Shown here: positions 11,096 to 20,693 of the stretch, piece after piece | Position numbering within the stretch: position 1 is the first letter of the stretch | Layout of the letters: every line of letters begins with the position of its first letter | From: an uncultured Gemmatimonadaceae bacterium | GTDB lineage: Bacteria; Gemmatimonadota; Gemmatimonadetes; Gemmatimonadales; Gemmatimonadaceae | Reading direction: 5' to 3' | NCBI GenBank assembly: GCA_963829055.1 | Contig: CAWHHI010000001.1 | Location: 1-31,223, forward strand | DNA length: 31,223 nucleotides | Program-made: the position numbers and the translations under genes | The notes under the pieces: model-generated | Told to the model about the DNA's origin: nothing | The model's database searches: none | Seen by the model: the letters and a program-made list of their open reading frames with translations, nothing else

Positions 11096-11422
11096 TCAGT
11101 CGGCGTACGGCGAGTCTTCGTCGGCGTCGTCGTCCGTCGCGCTGCCGGCGAGCGTCGTCAGCGACGCGGCCGGGACCAGTGAGCGCGCGAGGTCGACGAG
11201 CATCGGGCTCAGATGGCCGCCGTATCGAAGCAGCGAGGCGGCTCGGCTGCGGCGCGCGAGCAGGAACGCGATCGGGGCCATGTCACGCTTCGCCGCGTTG
11301 CACTCCGGGCAGGCGAGCACGAGGTTGTCGCGCCGATCGTAGGCCGACTGGCCACGGCGGGGTTGGACGTGGTCCAGCGTCATGACGGCCGGCTTGAACT
11401 TGCGCTCGCAGTAGGCGCACAC
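11096..11422 (-). CDS. HNH endonuclease domain protein (true start probably further upstream)
   Basis: CAYC...TLDHVQPR...NLVLACPECN zinc-binding HNH signature. The frame stays open upstream (TAYAETRRWLLAEHGP, basic low-complexity sequence) to a TAA at 11651. Confidence 0.85.
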   Translation of the reverse strand: MCAYCERKFKPAVMTLDHVQPRRGQSAYDRRDNLVLACPECNAAKRDMAPIAFLLARRSRAASLLRYGGHLSPMLVDLARSLVPAASLTTLAGSATDDDADEDSPYAD

Positions 11423-11943
11423 GGGTCCGTGCTCGGCCAGCAGCCAGCGGCGCGTCTCGGCGTACGCCGTCCGGTGGGTCGGATGCGAGGTGAGCCGGGA
11501 GGACGCGGCGTGCGACCAGTCCGGGCTGCCGGTTCCGGAGCCTCGACCGCGCCTCGAGCGGCTCGATTTCTTCTTGGCCGGAGCCGGCCGTGGTATAGCG
11601 GGCTCGACCTTTCGCGGCCGCGGGGCGTGGTGCTGGCCGTGGCGACGCGGTTAACGCCTGTGAGCGAGCCTTTGGCGGGGGCGGGGCGGCCGCCTGTCGG
11701 CTACGCGGGCGCGCGGTTTGTTCGGACGGGCGAGCGGGTCGGGCGGGGTGGTCGGCGGTCGCGCTTCGCGGCTGACCCGCGGTGGCGGGACGGCTCGGGA
11801 GAGTCTGTTCGGTACGGGGAATCGTCGGACAATCGGGTCAATCTGAGAATTCAGGGTTAGTCTTGGGCCGGCGCGGCCATCACAAATTTGGGATGCACCG
11901 CCGTTCCAGCCAGGGTGAAAGATACAGCCGAACCGCAAGGGCC

Positions 11944-12333
11944 ATGGCTATTCATGTCGTCCGCCTCGGTACCCCGCGTCTTCCGGGTGAGGGAATTCGC
12001 CTCGGAACCGTCCGCCGTCCGCCCCGGGGCGTTCGCAAAGCAGACTACGCGGCCCGCGACTTCTACGACGTCTGGCTGCCCGAGCTCGCGCCGTCGGCCG
12101 AGCTCCTGTCGTGGGCAACGACGGAGCCGCTGGTTGGAAAACGGTGGACGGCATTCGAGCGTCGCTACCACTCCGAGATGTCATCGCCGGCCGCTCGGCA
12201 CCTGATCGAGTTGCTGGTGGCCATGTCGACAGGAACCAACCTGTCCGTCGGCTGCTACTGCGAGGACGAGTCGCGCTGCCATCGGTCATTGCTCCGAGGG
12301 CTGCTCGCTGATGCTGGCGCGACAATCGAGTAG
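11944..12333 (+). CDS. DUF488 (YeaO-like) family protein
   Basis: RLGTVRRPPRGVRK...DVWLPELAPSAEL...F.RRY..EM...GCYCEDESRCHRSLL. Confidence 0.85.
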   Translation: MAIHVVRLGTPRLPGEGIRLGTVRRPPRGVRKADYAARDFYDVWLPELAPSAELLSWATTEPLVGKRWTAFERRYHSEMSSPAARHLIELLVAMSTGTNLSVGCYCEDESRCHRSLLRGLLADAGATIE

Positions 12334-12350
12334 TCGCGCGTCCGCCCATG

Positions 12351-12633
12351 GAACAGCATGACAGGATGGCCAGGATTGGCGGCATGACTGCAACGGCAAC
12401 TAGCAGGACAGGATGGCCAGGATTGGACAGGATTGAACAGAGGACCGCTTCGCGCTCGGGGAGCGTGTCGCCGGGCCAACGAATGAGAGGAACAGCCGCT
12501 CGGGACGCCACTGGCGCCCCGAGACGGCTGTTCCCCTCATCCGTCAGGCTCGTTGCGGGAGGGCTCCCCGACGCGCGACACGGCAGGCATCTGTTCAATC
12601 CTGTCCATCCTGGCAATCCTGTCATGCTGTTTC
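12351..12633. repeat. ~280-bp fold-back element with 9-nt-periodic CAGGAT terminal inverted repeats
   Basis: Left aacagcatgacaggatggccaggattgg and gacaggatggccaggattggacaggattgaacaga. Right tctgttcaatcctgtccatcctggcaatcctgtcatgctgtt. Central hairpin at 12483-12540. Confidence 0.85.
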
Positions 12634-12688
12634 GCCGTTACTCCTGAAGCTCGGCTCGTTCGCCAAATCCTGTCATGACTTTCGGCCG

Positions 12689-12717
12689 TTGCGCGATGCG
12701 TCCGAAATTTTTATTGT
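12689..12717 (+). promoter_or_regulatory. Sigma70-like promoter
   Basis: TTGCGC-N17-TATTGT in a locally AT-rich patch about 40 bp upstream of a small ORF. Confidence 0.55.
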
Positions 12718-12758
12718 ACGCGAAGCACGCTTCACTTCCCTGCTCGCGGAGAAGATCC

Positions 12759-12839
12759 ATGCGCAATTCCACCTTCCGGACCGACGTAGTCGTCGTGCGC
12801 CCGCGCACGTCGAACTGCACGGTCGTTTGTGTTGGATGA
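12759..12839 (+). CDS. Putative 26-aa leader peptide MRNSTFRTDVVVVRPRTSNCTVVCVG (absent from ORF track)
   Basis: GGAGA RBS upstream of ATG 12759; TGA at 12837-12839. Lies between the promoter and a terminator upstream of MATE. Confidence 0.6.
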   Translation: MRNSTFRTDVVVVRPRTSNCTVVCVG

Positions 12840-12871
12840 GATAGCGCTGATCGCACGCTGAGCCGGGCCCG

Positions 12872-12913
12872 GACAAGGGCGGCACCGCGATCGGTGCCGC
12901 CCTTTGTCTTTCT
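12872..12913 (+). terminator. Intrinsic terminator/attenuator hairpin
   Basis: aagggcggcaccg-cgat-cggtgccgccctt 13-bp stem followed by T-rich tgtctttct. Confidence 0.75.
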
Positions 12914-12956
12914 GCGCGTCGCTGTCCGGTCAGAACGCGCCTGCGGAACCAGCTTC

Positions 12957-14393
12957 ATGTCAGACCAAATCGATATCGCACTCGCCGGACCCGCCTCGCC
13001 GGCTCCTGACGAGAGCATCTGGAGCGCCGTGCGCGAAGCCCTTCGCGGCTCGCGGCGCAACTACACCGAAGGCCCGATCGGACGCGCCATCCTCATCCTC
13101 GCCATCCCGATGGTGCTCGAGATGGTGATGGAGAGCGTGTTCGTCGTCTGTGACGTGTTCTTCGTCTCGAAGCTCGGCGCCGACGCGGTCGCGACGGTCG
13201 GGCTCACCGAGTCGCTGCTCGCCATCGTCTACACGATCGCGATGGGGTTGTCGATCGGTGTGTCCGCGACGGTCGCGCGACGCACGGGCGAGCACGATGC
13301 CGAAGGCGCGTCGCGCACGGCCGTGCAGGGCATCTCGCTCGGCATCATCGTCGCGCTCGTGCTCGGCGTGTCGGGCGCGCTGTTCGCGCCCTCGCTGCTC
13401 CGGCTCATGGGTGCGTCGGACAGTGTGCTCGCGAGCGGCAGCATGTTCACGCGCGTCATGCTCGGCGGCAACGCGTCGATCCTGCTGCTCTTCCTGATCA
13501 ACGGCATCTTCCGCGGCGCGGGGGACGCGCAGCTGTCGATGCGCACACTCTGGCTCGCGAACGCGATCAACATCGCGTTAGGTCCATGCCTGATCTTCGG
13601 GCTCGGTCCGTTCCCCAGGCTCGGCGTGACCGGCGCGGCGATCGCGACCACGATCGGACGCAGCATCGGCGTGCTGTTCGGGTTGTCGCAGTTCTTCCGC
13701 CAGAGCGGACGGGTGCACATCGATCGCCGGCACCTGCGGCTGGATCCGGGCCTCATGGCGCGGCTCGTCTCGCTGTCGAGCAGCGGCACATTCCAGGTAC
13801 TCATCGGAACGGCGAGCTGGATCGGACTCGTGCGCATTCTCGCGTCGTTCGGCAGTAACGCGCTGGCCGGATACACGATCGCGATTCGCGTCGTGCTGTT
13901 CGCGCTGCTTCCGTCGTGGGGCATGAGCAACGCGGCGGCGACGATGGTGGGTCAGGCGTTAGGTGCCCGCAAGCCCGACCGCGCCGAGCGCGCGGTCTGG
14001 ATGGCAGCACGGTACAACTTCTTCTTTCTGGGAGCGGTGGGGCTGCTGTTCTTCTTCGGCGCCCGCGGCATCGTTGGTCTGTTCACGAACGACGCCGCGG
14101 TGGCGGAATTTGCGCGCACGGGCCTGCGTGTGATCGCCGTCGGGTTCGTGCTCTACGCCTACGGGATGGTGTTGTCGCAGTCGTTCAACGGCGCCGGCGA
14201 CACCTGGACGCCAACGTGGCTCGGCTTCTTCTCGTTCTGGGTGTTCGAGATCCCGCTGGCGTACGTGCTCGCGGTGCACGTCGGGCTCGGCCCGCTCGGG
14301 GTGTTCATTGCGATCCCGGCGGCGTTCTCGATCTACGCGCTCGCCGCGCTTGTGATGTTCCGGCGCGGCACGTGGAAAACGAAGAAGGTGTGA
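12957..14393 (+). CDS. MATE family efflux transporter
   Basis: GPIGRAILILAIPMVLEM, DVFFVSKLGADAVATVG, GIFRGAGD, GVTGAAIAT, QSFNGAGDT; about 12 TM segments; intact ORF. Confidence 0.95.
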   Translation: MSDQIDIALAGPASPAPDESIWSAVREALRGSRRNYTEGPIGRAILILAIPMVLEMVMESVFVVCDVFFVSKLGADAVATVGLTESLLAIVYTIAMGLSIGVSATVARRTGEHDAEGASRTAVQGISLGIIVALVLGVSGALFAPSLLRLMGASDSVLASGSMFTRVMLGGNASILLLFLINGIFRGAGDAQLSMRTLWLANAINIALGPCLIFGLGPFPRLGVTGAAIATTIGRSIGVLFGLSQFFRQSGRVHIDRRHLRLDPGLMARLVSLSSSGTFQVLIGTASWIGLVRILASFGSNALAGYTIAIRVVLFALLPSWGMSNAAATMVGQALGARKPDRAERAVWMAARYNFFFLGAVGLLFFFGARGIVGLFTNDAAVAEFARTGLRVIAVGFVLYAYGMVLSQSFNGAGDTWTPTWLGFFSFWVFEIPLAYVLAVHVGLGPLGVFIAIPAAFSIYALAALVMFRRGTWKTKKV

Positions 14394-15287
14394 CCGTGCC
14401 TGACGAGCGCGCCGATCTCCGTCCCGTGAACGCACTCGTATATCCCACCGCGTCCGTGTTTCTGGACGCGGTGCGCCCGACGCTGGGAACAGCACGAGGC
14501 GGAGCACCACCTGGTGTTAGGCATTGCCGAGAGCGTCTCGGCTGACCCATCGTCCGAGGCGGACCTTTTCGCCATGGCGATCGAGGATCACCTCGGGTTG
14601 GCGCTCGCGGCAATCATGACTGGCTCGCGGCCACTACTCGTCGCGAGTGATCGCGAGGACGTGACGGAGTCCGCGCCACTGCTGTGGGATGAGCTCGAGA
14701 AGGCGGGGCGAGCGCCGAGCCACGTCATCGGGGCGGTGGGCCAGATCGAGTCCGTCGTGCAGGAATGGACGCGGCGGCGCGGCCGCGTTGCTCGCCTGGC
14801 AATGCGGCAACGCGTCTACAAGCTCGTCGAGGTCAGCCCGCTGCCACCCGTATCGGGCCGACTTCGCATCGCGACGACGGACGACGTCGATCTGGTGACG
14901 GCGTGGATCACCGCGTTCGAGGCCGAGGCGCTCGGATCGGTCGCGGCGGTGGTGTCGAGCTCCGCTCGCGCCATTGCGGAACGGCGCCTGGCTGCAGGCG
15001 AGGTGTTCCTCTGGTGCGACCCGGAGCCGCGCACGATGGCGGGTTCGGCGCGTCCGACGAAGCGTGCGGTTGCGGTCAACGCGGTGTACACGCCGCCCGA
15101 ATGGCGACGGCGCGGCTACGCGTCGGCGTGCGTGGCGGAGTTGAGCCGGCTGCTACTCCGTCGCGGGTTCGAGTTCTGCGTGCTCTACACGGATCTGGAG
15201 AACCCGACGTCGAACGCGATCTACACGCGCATCGGGTACCGCCCGGTGCGGGACTTTCTCATGTATGACTTGAGAGAAGGTCGGTAG
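14390..15287 (+). CDS. GNAT family N-acetyltransferase (FR47-like); frameshift near 14488
   Basis: VNAVYTPPEWRRRGYASACV acetyl-CoA motif and LYTDLENPTSNAIYTRIGY. The GTG start overlaps the MATE stop. Confidence 0.9.
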
Positions 15288-15293
15288 GAGCTT

Positions 15294-15381
15294 GTCATTC
15301 CGAGCGGAGCGCGGAACGCGCGGAGTCGAGGAATCGTGCGGTTCCCGGTAGAGAGCCCTCTATCGGGACGCTCGCGATTCC
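15294..15381. repeat. Palindromic REP/MITE-like element (right arm truncated)
   Basis: gtcattccgagcg..gagtcgaggaatcg..cccggtagagagccctctatcggga..cgattcct, between convergent genes. Confidence 0.8.
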
Positions 15382-15386
15382 TAACG

Positions 15387-16462
15387 TCAGCGCTTCCCGA
15401 CCGCGCGCCACCAGGGCTCGACGGATCGCGGCGACGACGGCTCGACCGACTCGCCCGGCCTCGGCATCACCAGCGGCACTCCCGCCGCTTCCGCCGCCGC
15501 GACGACGCGCTCCGCGGGCTCGTCCCACGCGTGGAACGCCAGATTGAACGTTCCCCAGTGAATCGGCAGCAGCAACTTCGCGTTGCACGAGTGTGCAGGC
15601 GCGAACCGCCTGCTCCGGCGTCAGGTGGATGTCCGGCCACGTCGGCCCGTACGCGCCAATTTTGATGAGCGCGATGTCGAACGGCCCGTACCGCCGCCCA
15701 TTCTCGGCGATCCCGTCGAAGGGGCCGGTGTCGCCGCTGTGGAACACGCGATGCGTCGGCCCGATGATCGACCACGACGCCCACAGTGTGTGATTGCCAC
15801 CCGTTAGGCCGCGTCCGGAGAAGTGACGCGCGGAGCCGGCGGCGATCGTCAGTGGGCCGACCTGCGTCGTCTCCCACCAATCGAGCTCCACGATGCGCGA
15901 GGTGGTGACACCCCACCGCTCGAGATGCGCGCCGACGCCGAGGGCCGTGATGAACGGGACGCGCGCCTGGGTGATGCTTCCCATGAGCGTTCGCACCGCG
16001 GCCATGTCGAGATGGTCATAGTGGTCGTGCGTGAGGATGACGGCATCGAGACGTCGGCAGCGCCTGCAGCGCGATTGGCGGCGGGTGAAAGCGCTTCGGT
16101 CCGAAGCGCTGTGACGGCGAGACCCGCTCGCCGAACACCGGGTCGACGAGCACGCGGAGTCCGTCGATCTCGATGAGCGCGGTCGCGTGGCCGAACCACG
16201 TCACGCGGAGGCCGCTCGCCGGCGGCGCCGCGAAGTCCGCGGGCGTACGTGAGACGACGGGGAGCGGCGCCGGCGGTACACGCTGCTCCTTGCCGCCGAA
16301 CTGGCGCCGCATCGTCTCGATGAACGCGCCAGGCACCATCTTGTTCGTCTCGACGGAGTTCTTGAACGTGCCGCCGTTGAACTGCGGCGACCGCTGCATC
16401 CGGGCGAGTCGGTCGCCGGTCGCCCGCGCGCCGAACGCGTCGAAAAAGCTCATCAGTCCCAT
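15387..16462 (-). CDS. MBL-fold metallo-hydrolase (RomA/NAPE-PLD-like); frameshifts near 16050 and 15590
   Basis: VTWFGHATALIE..LVDPVF, ILTHDHYDHLD (16008-16040), ARHFSGRG, FHSGDTG, LPIHWGTF. Confidence 0.9.
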
Positions 16463-16506
16463 GCGGAGAGCATTCACCCGAACGTGCGCGAGCGCTATAC
16501 TCGAGC

Positions 16507-16987
16507 GTGCCGAAATCCAAGAAAGCCGAGACGCCGGCCAAACAGGTTGCTGGATTCATCGCGAAGTTCGACCCAGCGATCGCGAAGCTCATTCGCGGTG
16601 CCCGCGCGAAGGTCCGGAAGCGTTTGCCGACGGCCGTCGAGCTCGTGTACGACAACTACAACGCGTTGGCGATCGGCTTCGGGCCAACCGAGCGTACGAC
16701 GGATGCGATCCTGTCGGTGGCGGGATACGCGACCGGCGTCACGCTGTATTTCACGTACGGCAAGTCGCTGCCGGACCCGCACCACCGACTCGAGGGCTCC
16801 GGGAATCAGGGCCGTTTCGTCCGGCTCACGAGTCTGGCGGTGCTGGACGAGCCGGTCGTGGCGGAGCTCGTGACGGCGGCCGAGGAGCGGGCGCGCGTGC
16901 CGTTTCCGGCGTACGGGCAAAGGATACACGGTGGTGAAGTCGATCTCGGCCAAACAACGCCCGAGGCGCCCGCCGAAGAAGACCTAA
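16507..16987 (+). CDS. DUF1801-like protein; frameshift near 16920
   Basis: RKRLPTAVELVYDNYNALAIGFGPTER..LPDP..RLEGSGNQ.RF. Restored end GYTVVKSISAKQRPRRPPKKT with TAA at 16985-16987. Confidence 0.75.
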
Positions 16988-16993
16988 CGACGA

Positions 16994-17120
16994 GTCATTC
17001 CGAGCGCGAGCGCCGAAGGCGGCGCAGGTCGAGGAATCCGACGATCGGCGTCCTCGGGTAGAGGGCCCTCTACCGGGAGCCGACGCGATTCCTCGACTCG
17101 CTTCGCTCGCTCGGAATGAC
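16994..17120. repeat. Complete palindromic REP/MITE-like element
   Basis: gtcattccgagcg / cgctcggaatgac termini, gtcgaggaatc / gattcctcgac inner arms, central palindrome GGTAGAGGGCCCTCTACC. Confidence 0.9.
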
Positions 17121-17190
17121 ACGGGGCCTCCCAACCCGTCCCGCATCCGATCACATTAGCCAGGTGCCTCGACCTCCTCGCCCCGACTCT

Positions 17191-19440
17191 GTGCTCGACC
17201 AGGACGCCCTCATGGTCGCACGAACGCTGCTCGCCGACCGGTACACCGTCGAGCGGGAGATCGGTCACGGCGGCATGGCCACCGTCTATCTCGCCGAAGA
17301 GACCAAGCACGGGCGACAGGTCGCGATCAAGGTCCTGCGCCCCGAGCTCGCGGCGACGTTAGGCGCCGACCGCTTCCTGCGCGAGATCGGGATCGCCGCT
17401 CGGCTGACCCATCCGCACCTCGTCCCATTGATCGACTCCGGCGAAGCCGGCGGACTGCTGTATTACGTCTCGTCCTACATGCCCGGCGGCTCGCTCCGCG
17501 AGCGGCTGGAACGCGAGGGCAAGCTCTCGGTCCGCGAGACGCTTCGCATTGCCGAAGACGTGAGCAAGGCGCTCGACCACGCGCATCGCGCCGGCTTCGT
17601 GCACCGCGACGTCAAGCCCGAGAACATCCTGTTCGCGGACGGCCATGCCATGCTCGCCGACTTCGGCGTCGCACGCGTGTGCTGTGGCGAGGGCGACGAT
17701 CCGGTAACGGCAGCAGGCATCGCCATTGGCACGCCCGAGTACATGAGCCCCGAACAGGCAAGCGGGGATCCCCACATCGATGGACGGAGCGACATCTACG
17801 CACTCGCCTGCGTCGTCTACGAGATGCTCGCCGGCAAGCCGCCGTTTCATGCGACGTCGCATCGCGCCGTGATGGCCCGGCACCTGACCGAGACGCCGGC
17901 GCGCCTTCGTGCGGTGCATCCGGAGATCCCGGCGAGCATCGATGACGCGATCGCGATCGCGATGAAGAAGGATCCCGCGCTCCGGTACGGTTCGGCGTGC
18001 GACTTCGTCGACGCGATGCGTGTGGACTCGCCGGCGCGGAGTCGCGCGTTCACTGGCGTCAGCCGCAACATCGCGGTGCTTCCGTTCGTGAACGCGAGTC
18101 CGGATCCCGACAACGAGTACCTGAGCGACGGTATCACCGATGAGCTCATCGACGCGCTGGCCAAGGTCGAGGGCATTCGCGTCGCCTCGCGAACGTCCGT
18201 GTTCGCGCTCAAGGGGAAGCCGCAGGACGTTCGTGCGATCGGTGCGCTGCTCGATTGCCCCGTCGTGCTCGAAGGCACCGTGCGTCGCTCGGGGCAGCAG
18301 CTGCGGATCACGGCGCAGCTCACCTCGACCGATGATGGTCATCTCATATGGTCGCAGCGCTACGACCGCCAGATGGCCGACGCATTCGCCATCCAGGACG
18401 AGATCGCGCGCACGATCGTGAGCACGCTGCGCGCGACGACGTTCGGCGACCTGACCACACCGCCGCTGCGCCGACACACGGAGAACGCTGCCGCGTACAG
18501 CCTCTATCTCAAGGGCCGATTCGAGTGGAACCAGCGCACGCAGGAGAGCATCGCCGCGGGCATCCGGTTCTTCGAGCAGGCGATCGCTGAGGATCCGGGG
18601 TACGCGCTCGCGTACACGGGGCTCGCGGACTGTTACGCGCTGCACGTGGACTACCGGAGTGTGCCGGTGGCCAAGGGCTTCGAGGCGGCGAAGGCCTACG
18701 CGCGGAAGGCAATCACGCTGGATGATTCGCTCGCCGAAGCGCACGCGTCGCTCGCGTGGGTGCTGTTCATCTACGACTGGAACTTCGACGAGGCCGAGCG
18801 TGAGTTTCGGCGCGCGATCGAGCTCGACCCGCGTTATGCATCGGCACACCAGTGGTACGCGTTCCTGCTCATCGCGAAGGGCGCGTTCGGTGACGCGCTC
18901 GTGGAGAGCCACACCGCGGTGGAGCTGGACGCCGGCTCCGCGTCGGCGCGTCGCTCGCTGGCGATGGCTTACTACTACGCGAAGCGGTGGGACCAAGCCG
19001 TCTACCACTTCGAGCGCGCGGTCGCCGTCAACCCGACCGCCGAAGAGACCTACCGCATCTGGGGCCTCATGCTCGCCGTCGCCGGAAAGTCGGACGAGGC
19101 GATCCGGATGCTGCGCGAGACGGCGGCGATGCCCGAGGCGGGAACGTATACGCGGGCATCGTTAGGCTACGCGCTCGCGCGTGCGGGGCAGCGCGAGGAG
19201 GCGCAGGCAATCTACGACGATCTGGCGGCGGCGGTCGCGGCCGGCAACTACGTCTCCCCCGTGGCATTCGCCACCATCCTCATCGGACTGGGCGACGTCG
19301 ACGGCGCACTGGACTGGGCGGAGCGCGCGTTGGAGGATCGTCGCGGGTGGCTCCTCTATCTGAACGTGAACCCGCTGCTCGAGCCGTTGCGCGGGCACCC
19401 GCGGCTCGACGCACTCGTCCGCCGCGTGCAACCGATATGA
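17191..19440 (+). CDS. Ser/Thr protein kinase with TolB-N-like and TPR domains
   Basis: IGHGGMATVYLA, VAIK, HRDVKPEN, DFG, GTPEYMSPE. Then IAVLPFVNAS..YLSDGITDELI and TPR repeats. Start 17191 or 17212. Confidence 0.95.
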   Translation: MLDQDALMVARTLLADRYTVEREIGHGGMATVYLAEETKHGRQVAIKVLRPELAATLGADRFLREIGIAARLTHPHLVPLIDSGEAGGLLYYVSSYMPGGSLRERLEREGKLSVRETLRIAEDVSKALDHAHRAGFVHRDVKPENILFADGHAMLADFGVARVCCGEGDDPVTAAGIAIGTPEYMSPEQASGDPHIDGRSDIYALACVVYEMLAGKPPFHATSHRAVMARHLTETPARLRAVHPEIPASIDDAIAIAMKKDPALRYGSACDFVDAMRVDSPARSRAFTGVSRNIAVLPFVNASPDPDNEYLSDGITDELIDALAKVEGIRVASRTSVFALKGKPQDVRAIGALLDCPVVLEGTVRRSGQQLRITAQLTSTDDGHLIWSQRYDRQMADAFAIQDEIARTIVSTLRATTFGDLTTPPLRRHTENAAAYSLYLKGRFEWNQRTQESIAAGIRFFEQAIAEDPGYALAYTGLADCYALHVDYRSVPVAKGFEAAKAYARKAITLDDSLAEAHASLAWVLFIYDWNFDEAEREFRRAIELDPRYASAHQWYAFLLIAKGAFGDALVESHTAVELDAGSASARRSLAMAYYYAKRWDQAVYHFERAVAVNPTAEETYRIWGLMLAVAGKSDEAIRMLRETAAMPEAGTYTRASLGYALARAGQREEAQAIYDDLAAAVAAGNYVSPVAFATILIGLGDVDGALDWAERALEDRRGWLLYLNVNPLLEPLRGHPRLDALVRRVQPI

Positions 19441-20387
19441 GCATGGAGAGCGAGGTGCGAATGAGCCGTTGGTCACGCCCAGTGCGCATTGGAGGCGGGA
19501 TCATTGGCGGGCTCGTCGTCGCCAGCGCGGCCGCGGCGACCATCGGAGCGTACGTGTGGCGCAGGACGACCGCGCGGCGCTACGCAGCGCTCGCCGACCA
19601 GCTGCGCCTTCGCCGCGACGCGCCCGGGCACCCATTCTCGCGCGCGGAAACGGACCGACTCCCTGCCCCGGTCGCGCGCTACTTCGCGTTCGCGCTCCCC
19701 GAGGGGCAACGACGCGTCCGAGTCGCGCGAGTGCGCTGGGTTGGCGAGATGCGTCTGAAGCCCGACGGCGCGTGGAGCCCCTTCACTGCCGAGCAACGGT
19801 TCACGGGTGCGCCACCGGGGTTCGTCTGGGACGCCGAGGTCAGGATGATGCCGCTCGTACCCGTGCGTGTGCGTGACAGCTACGTCGCCGGACAGGGACA
19901 GATGCTCGGACGGGTGGGCGGTGTGGTGTCGGTCGTGAACGAGGGAGGCACGCGCGAGATGGCGTTAGGCGCGCTCGTCCGCTGGCTGGGCGAGGCGGCC
20001 TGGTTCCCGACCGCCCTCTTGCCCGGCGAAGGCGTGACCTGGGAGGCGATCGACGACCACTCGGCCCGCGCCACGGTGACGGATGGCGCGACGAGCGTCA
20101 CCGCCGATTTTTACTTTGCGCCGACAGGCGAGATGACGCGCCTGACGGCGCTACGCTACCGCGACGTGAACGGCACCGGTGTGCTGACGCCGTTCGAGGG
20201 ACGCTACGAGCGCTTCATCCGCGAGCAGGGAGTCATGGTCCCGGGCGCGGCAGAGGTTGCGTGGCTCCTTCCCGAGGGACGCTTTGCCTACTGGCGCGGC
20301 CATCCCTCGGGTATCTCCTACGACCTCGTGCCCGAGCTCGCGTCAGGGCCTACGGCCGGTGAGCGACCGCCTAACGCAGAGCGGTGA
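19437..20387 (+). CDS. DUF6544-like membrane-anchored protein
   Basis: N-terminal TM; LPAPVARYF, W.PFTAEQ.F...PGFVWDA, VRDSY, RWLGEAAWFPTALLP..GVTW, F.YW. The ATG overlaps the kinase stop (ATGA). Confidence 0.75.
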   Translation: MSMESEVRMSRWSRPVRIGGGIIGGLVVASAAAATIGAYVWRRTTARRYAALADQLRLRRDAPGHPFSRAETDRLPAPVARYFAFALPEGQRRVRVARVRWVGEMRLKPDGAWSPFTAEQRFTGAPPGFVWDAEVRMMPLVPVRVRDSYVAGQGQMLGRVGGVVSVVNEGGTREMALGALVRWLGEAAWFPTALLPGEGVTWEAIDDHSARATVTDGATSVTADFYFAPTGEMTRLTALRYRDVNGTGVLTPFEGRYERFIREQGVMVPGAAEVAWLLPEGRFAYWRGHPSGISYDLVPELASGPTAGERPPNAER

Positions 20388-20693
20388 GCTCCCCGAGTGC
20401 GATGGGAGCGTTCGTCGCGGCCATGGCACCTCACTTCGGTACTGGTAGCGACAGCGGAGCCGACTCGTAGATGACCCCGCACGCGCGGTCGACCAACTGG
20501 ATGGAGGCCGACGTCGGTGCCGGCAGCGCAGGATCGGTGACGACGTAGATCTGATTCAACGAAGCAGCGCTACTGGACCGATCCGATTCCGGCACTCGGC
20601 CCGTGCCACTTCGCTTGACAAGGCAATGGTACATGACGCCGATTCACGAACGGTCGGAATCGCCGTATGCCCGGTCCCTCACCCGCATGTGCA

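Noticed and set aside
12759..15287. RiPP cluster (Cys/Thr peptide + MATE + GNAT)
   Set aside because: No cyclase, dehydratase, YcaO or radical SAM gene nearby, and the terminator layout fits attenuation better.
17116..17190. Kinase start at ATG 17116
   Set aside because: This ATG lies in the repeat arm and the extension has no kinase-like sequence; 17191 or 17212 is preferred.
20615..20645. Perfect TTGACA upstream of the amidohydrolase
   Set aside because: No convincing -10 element at 16-18 bp spacing.
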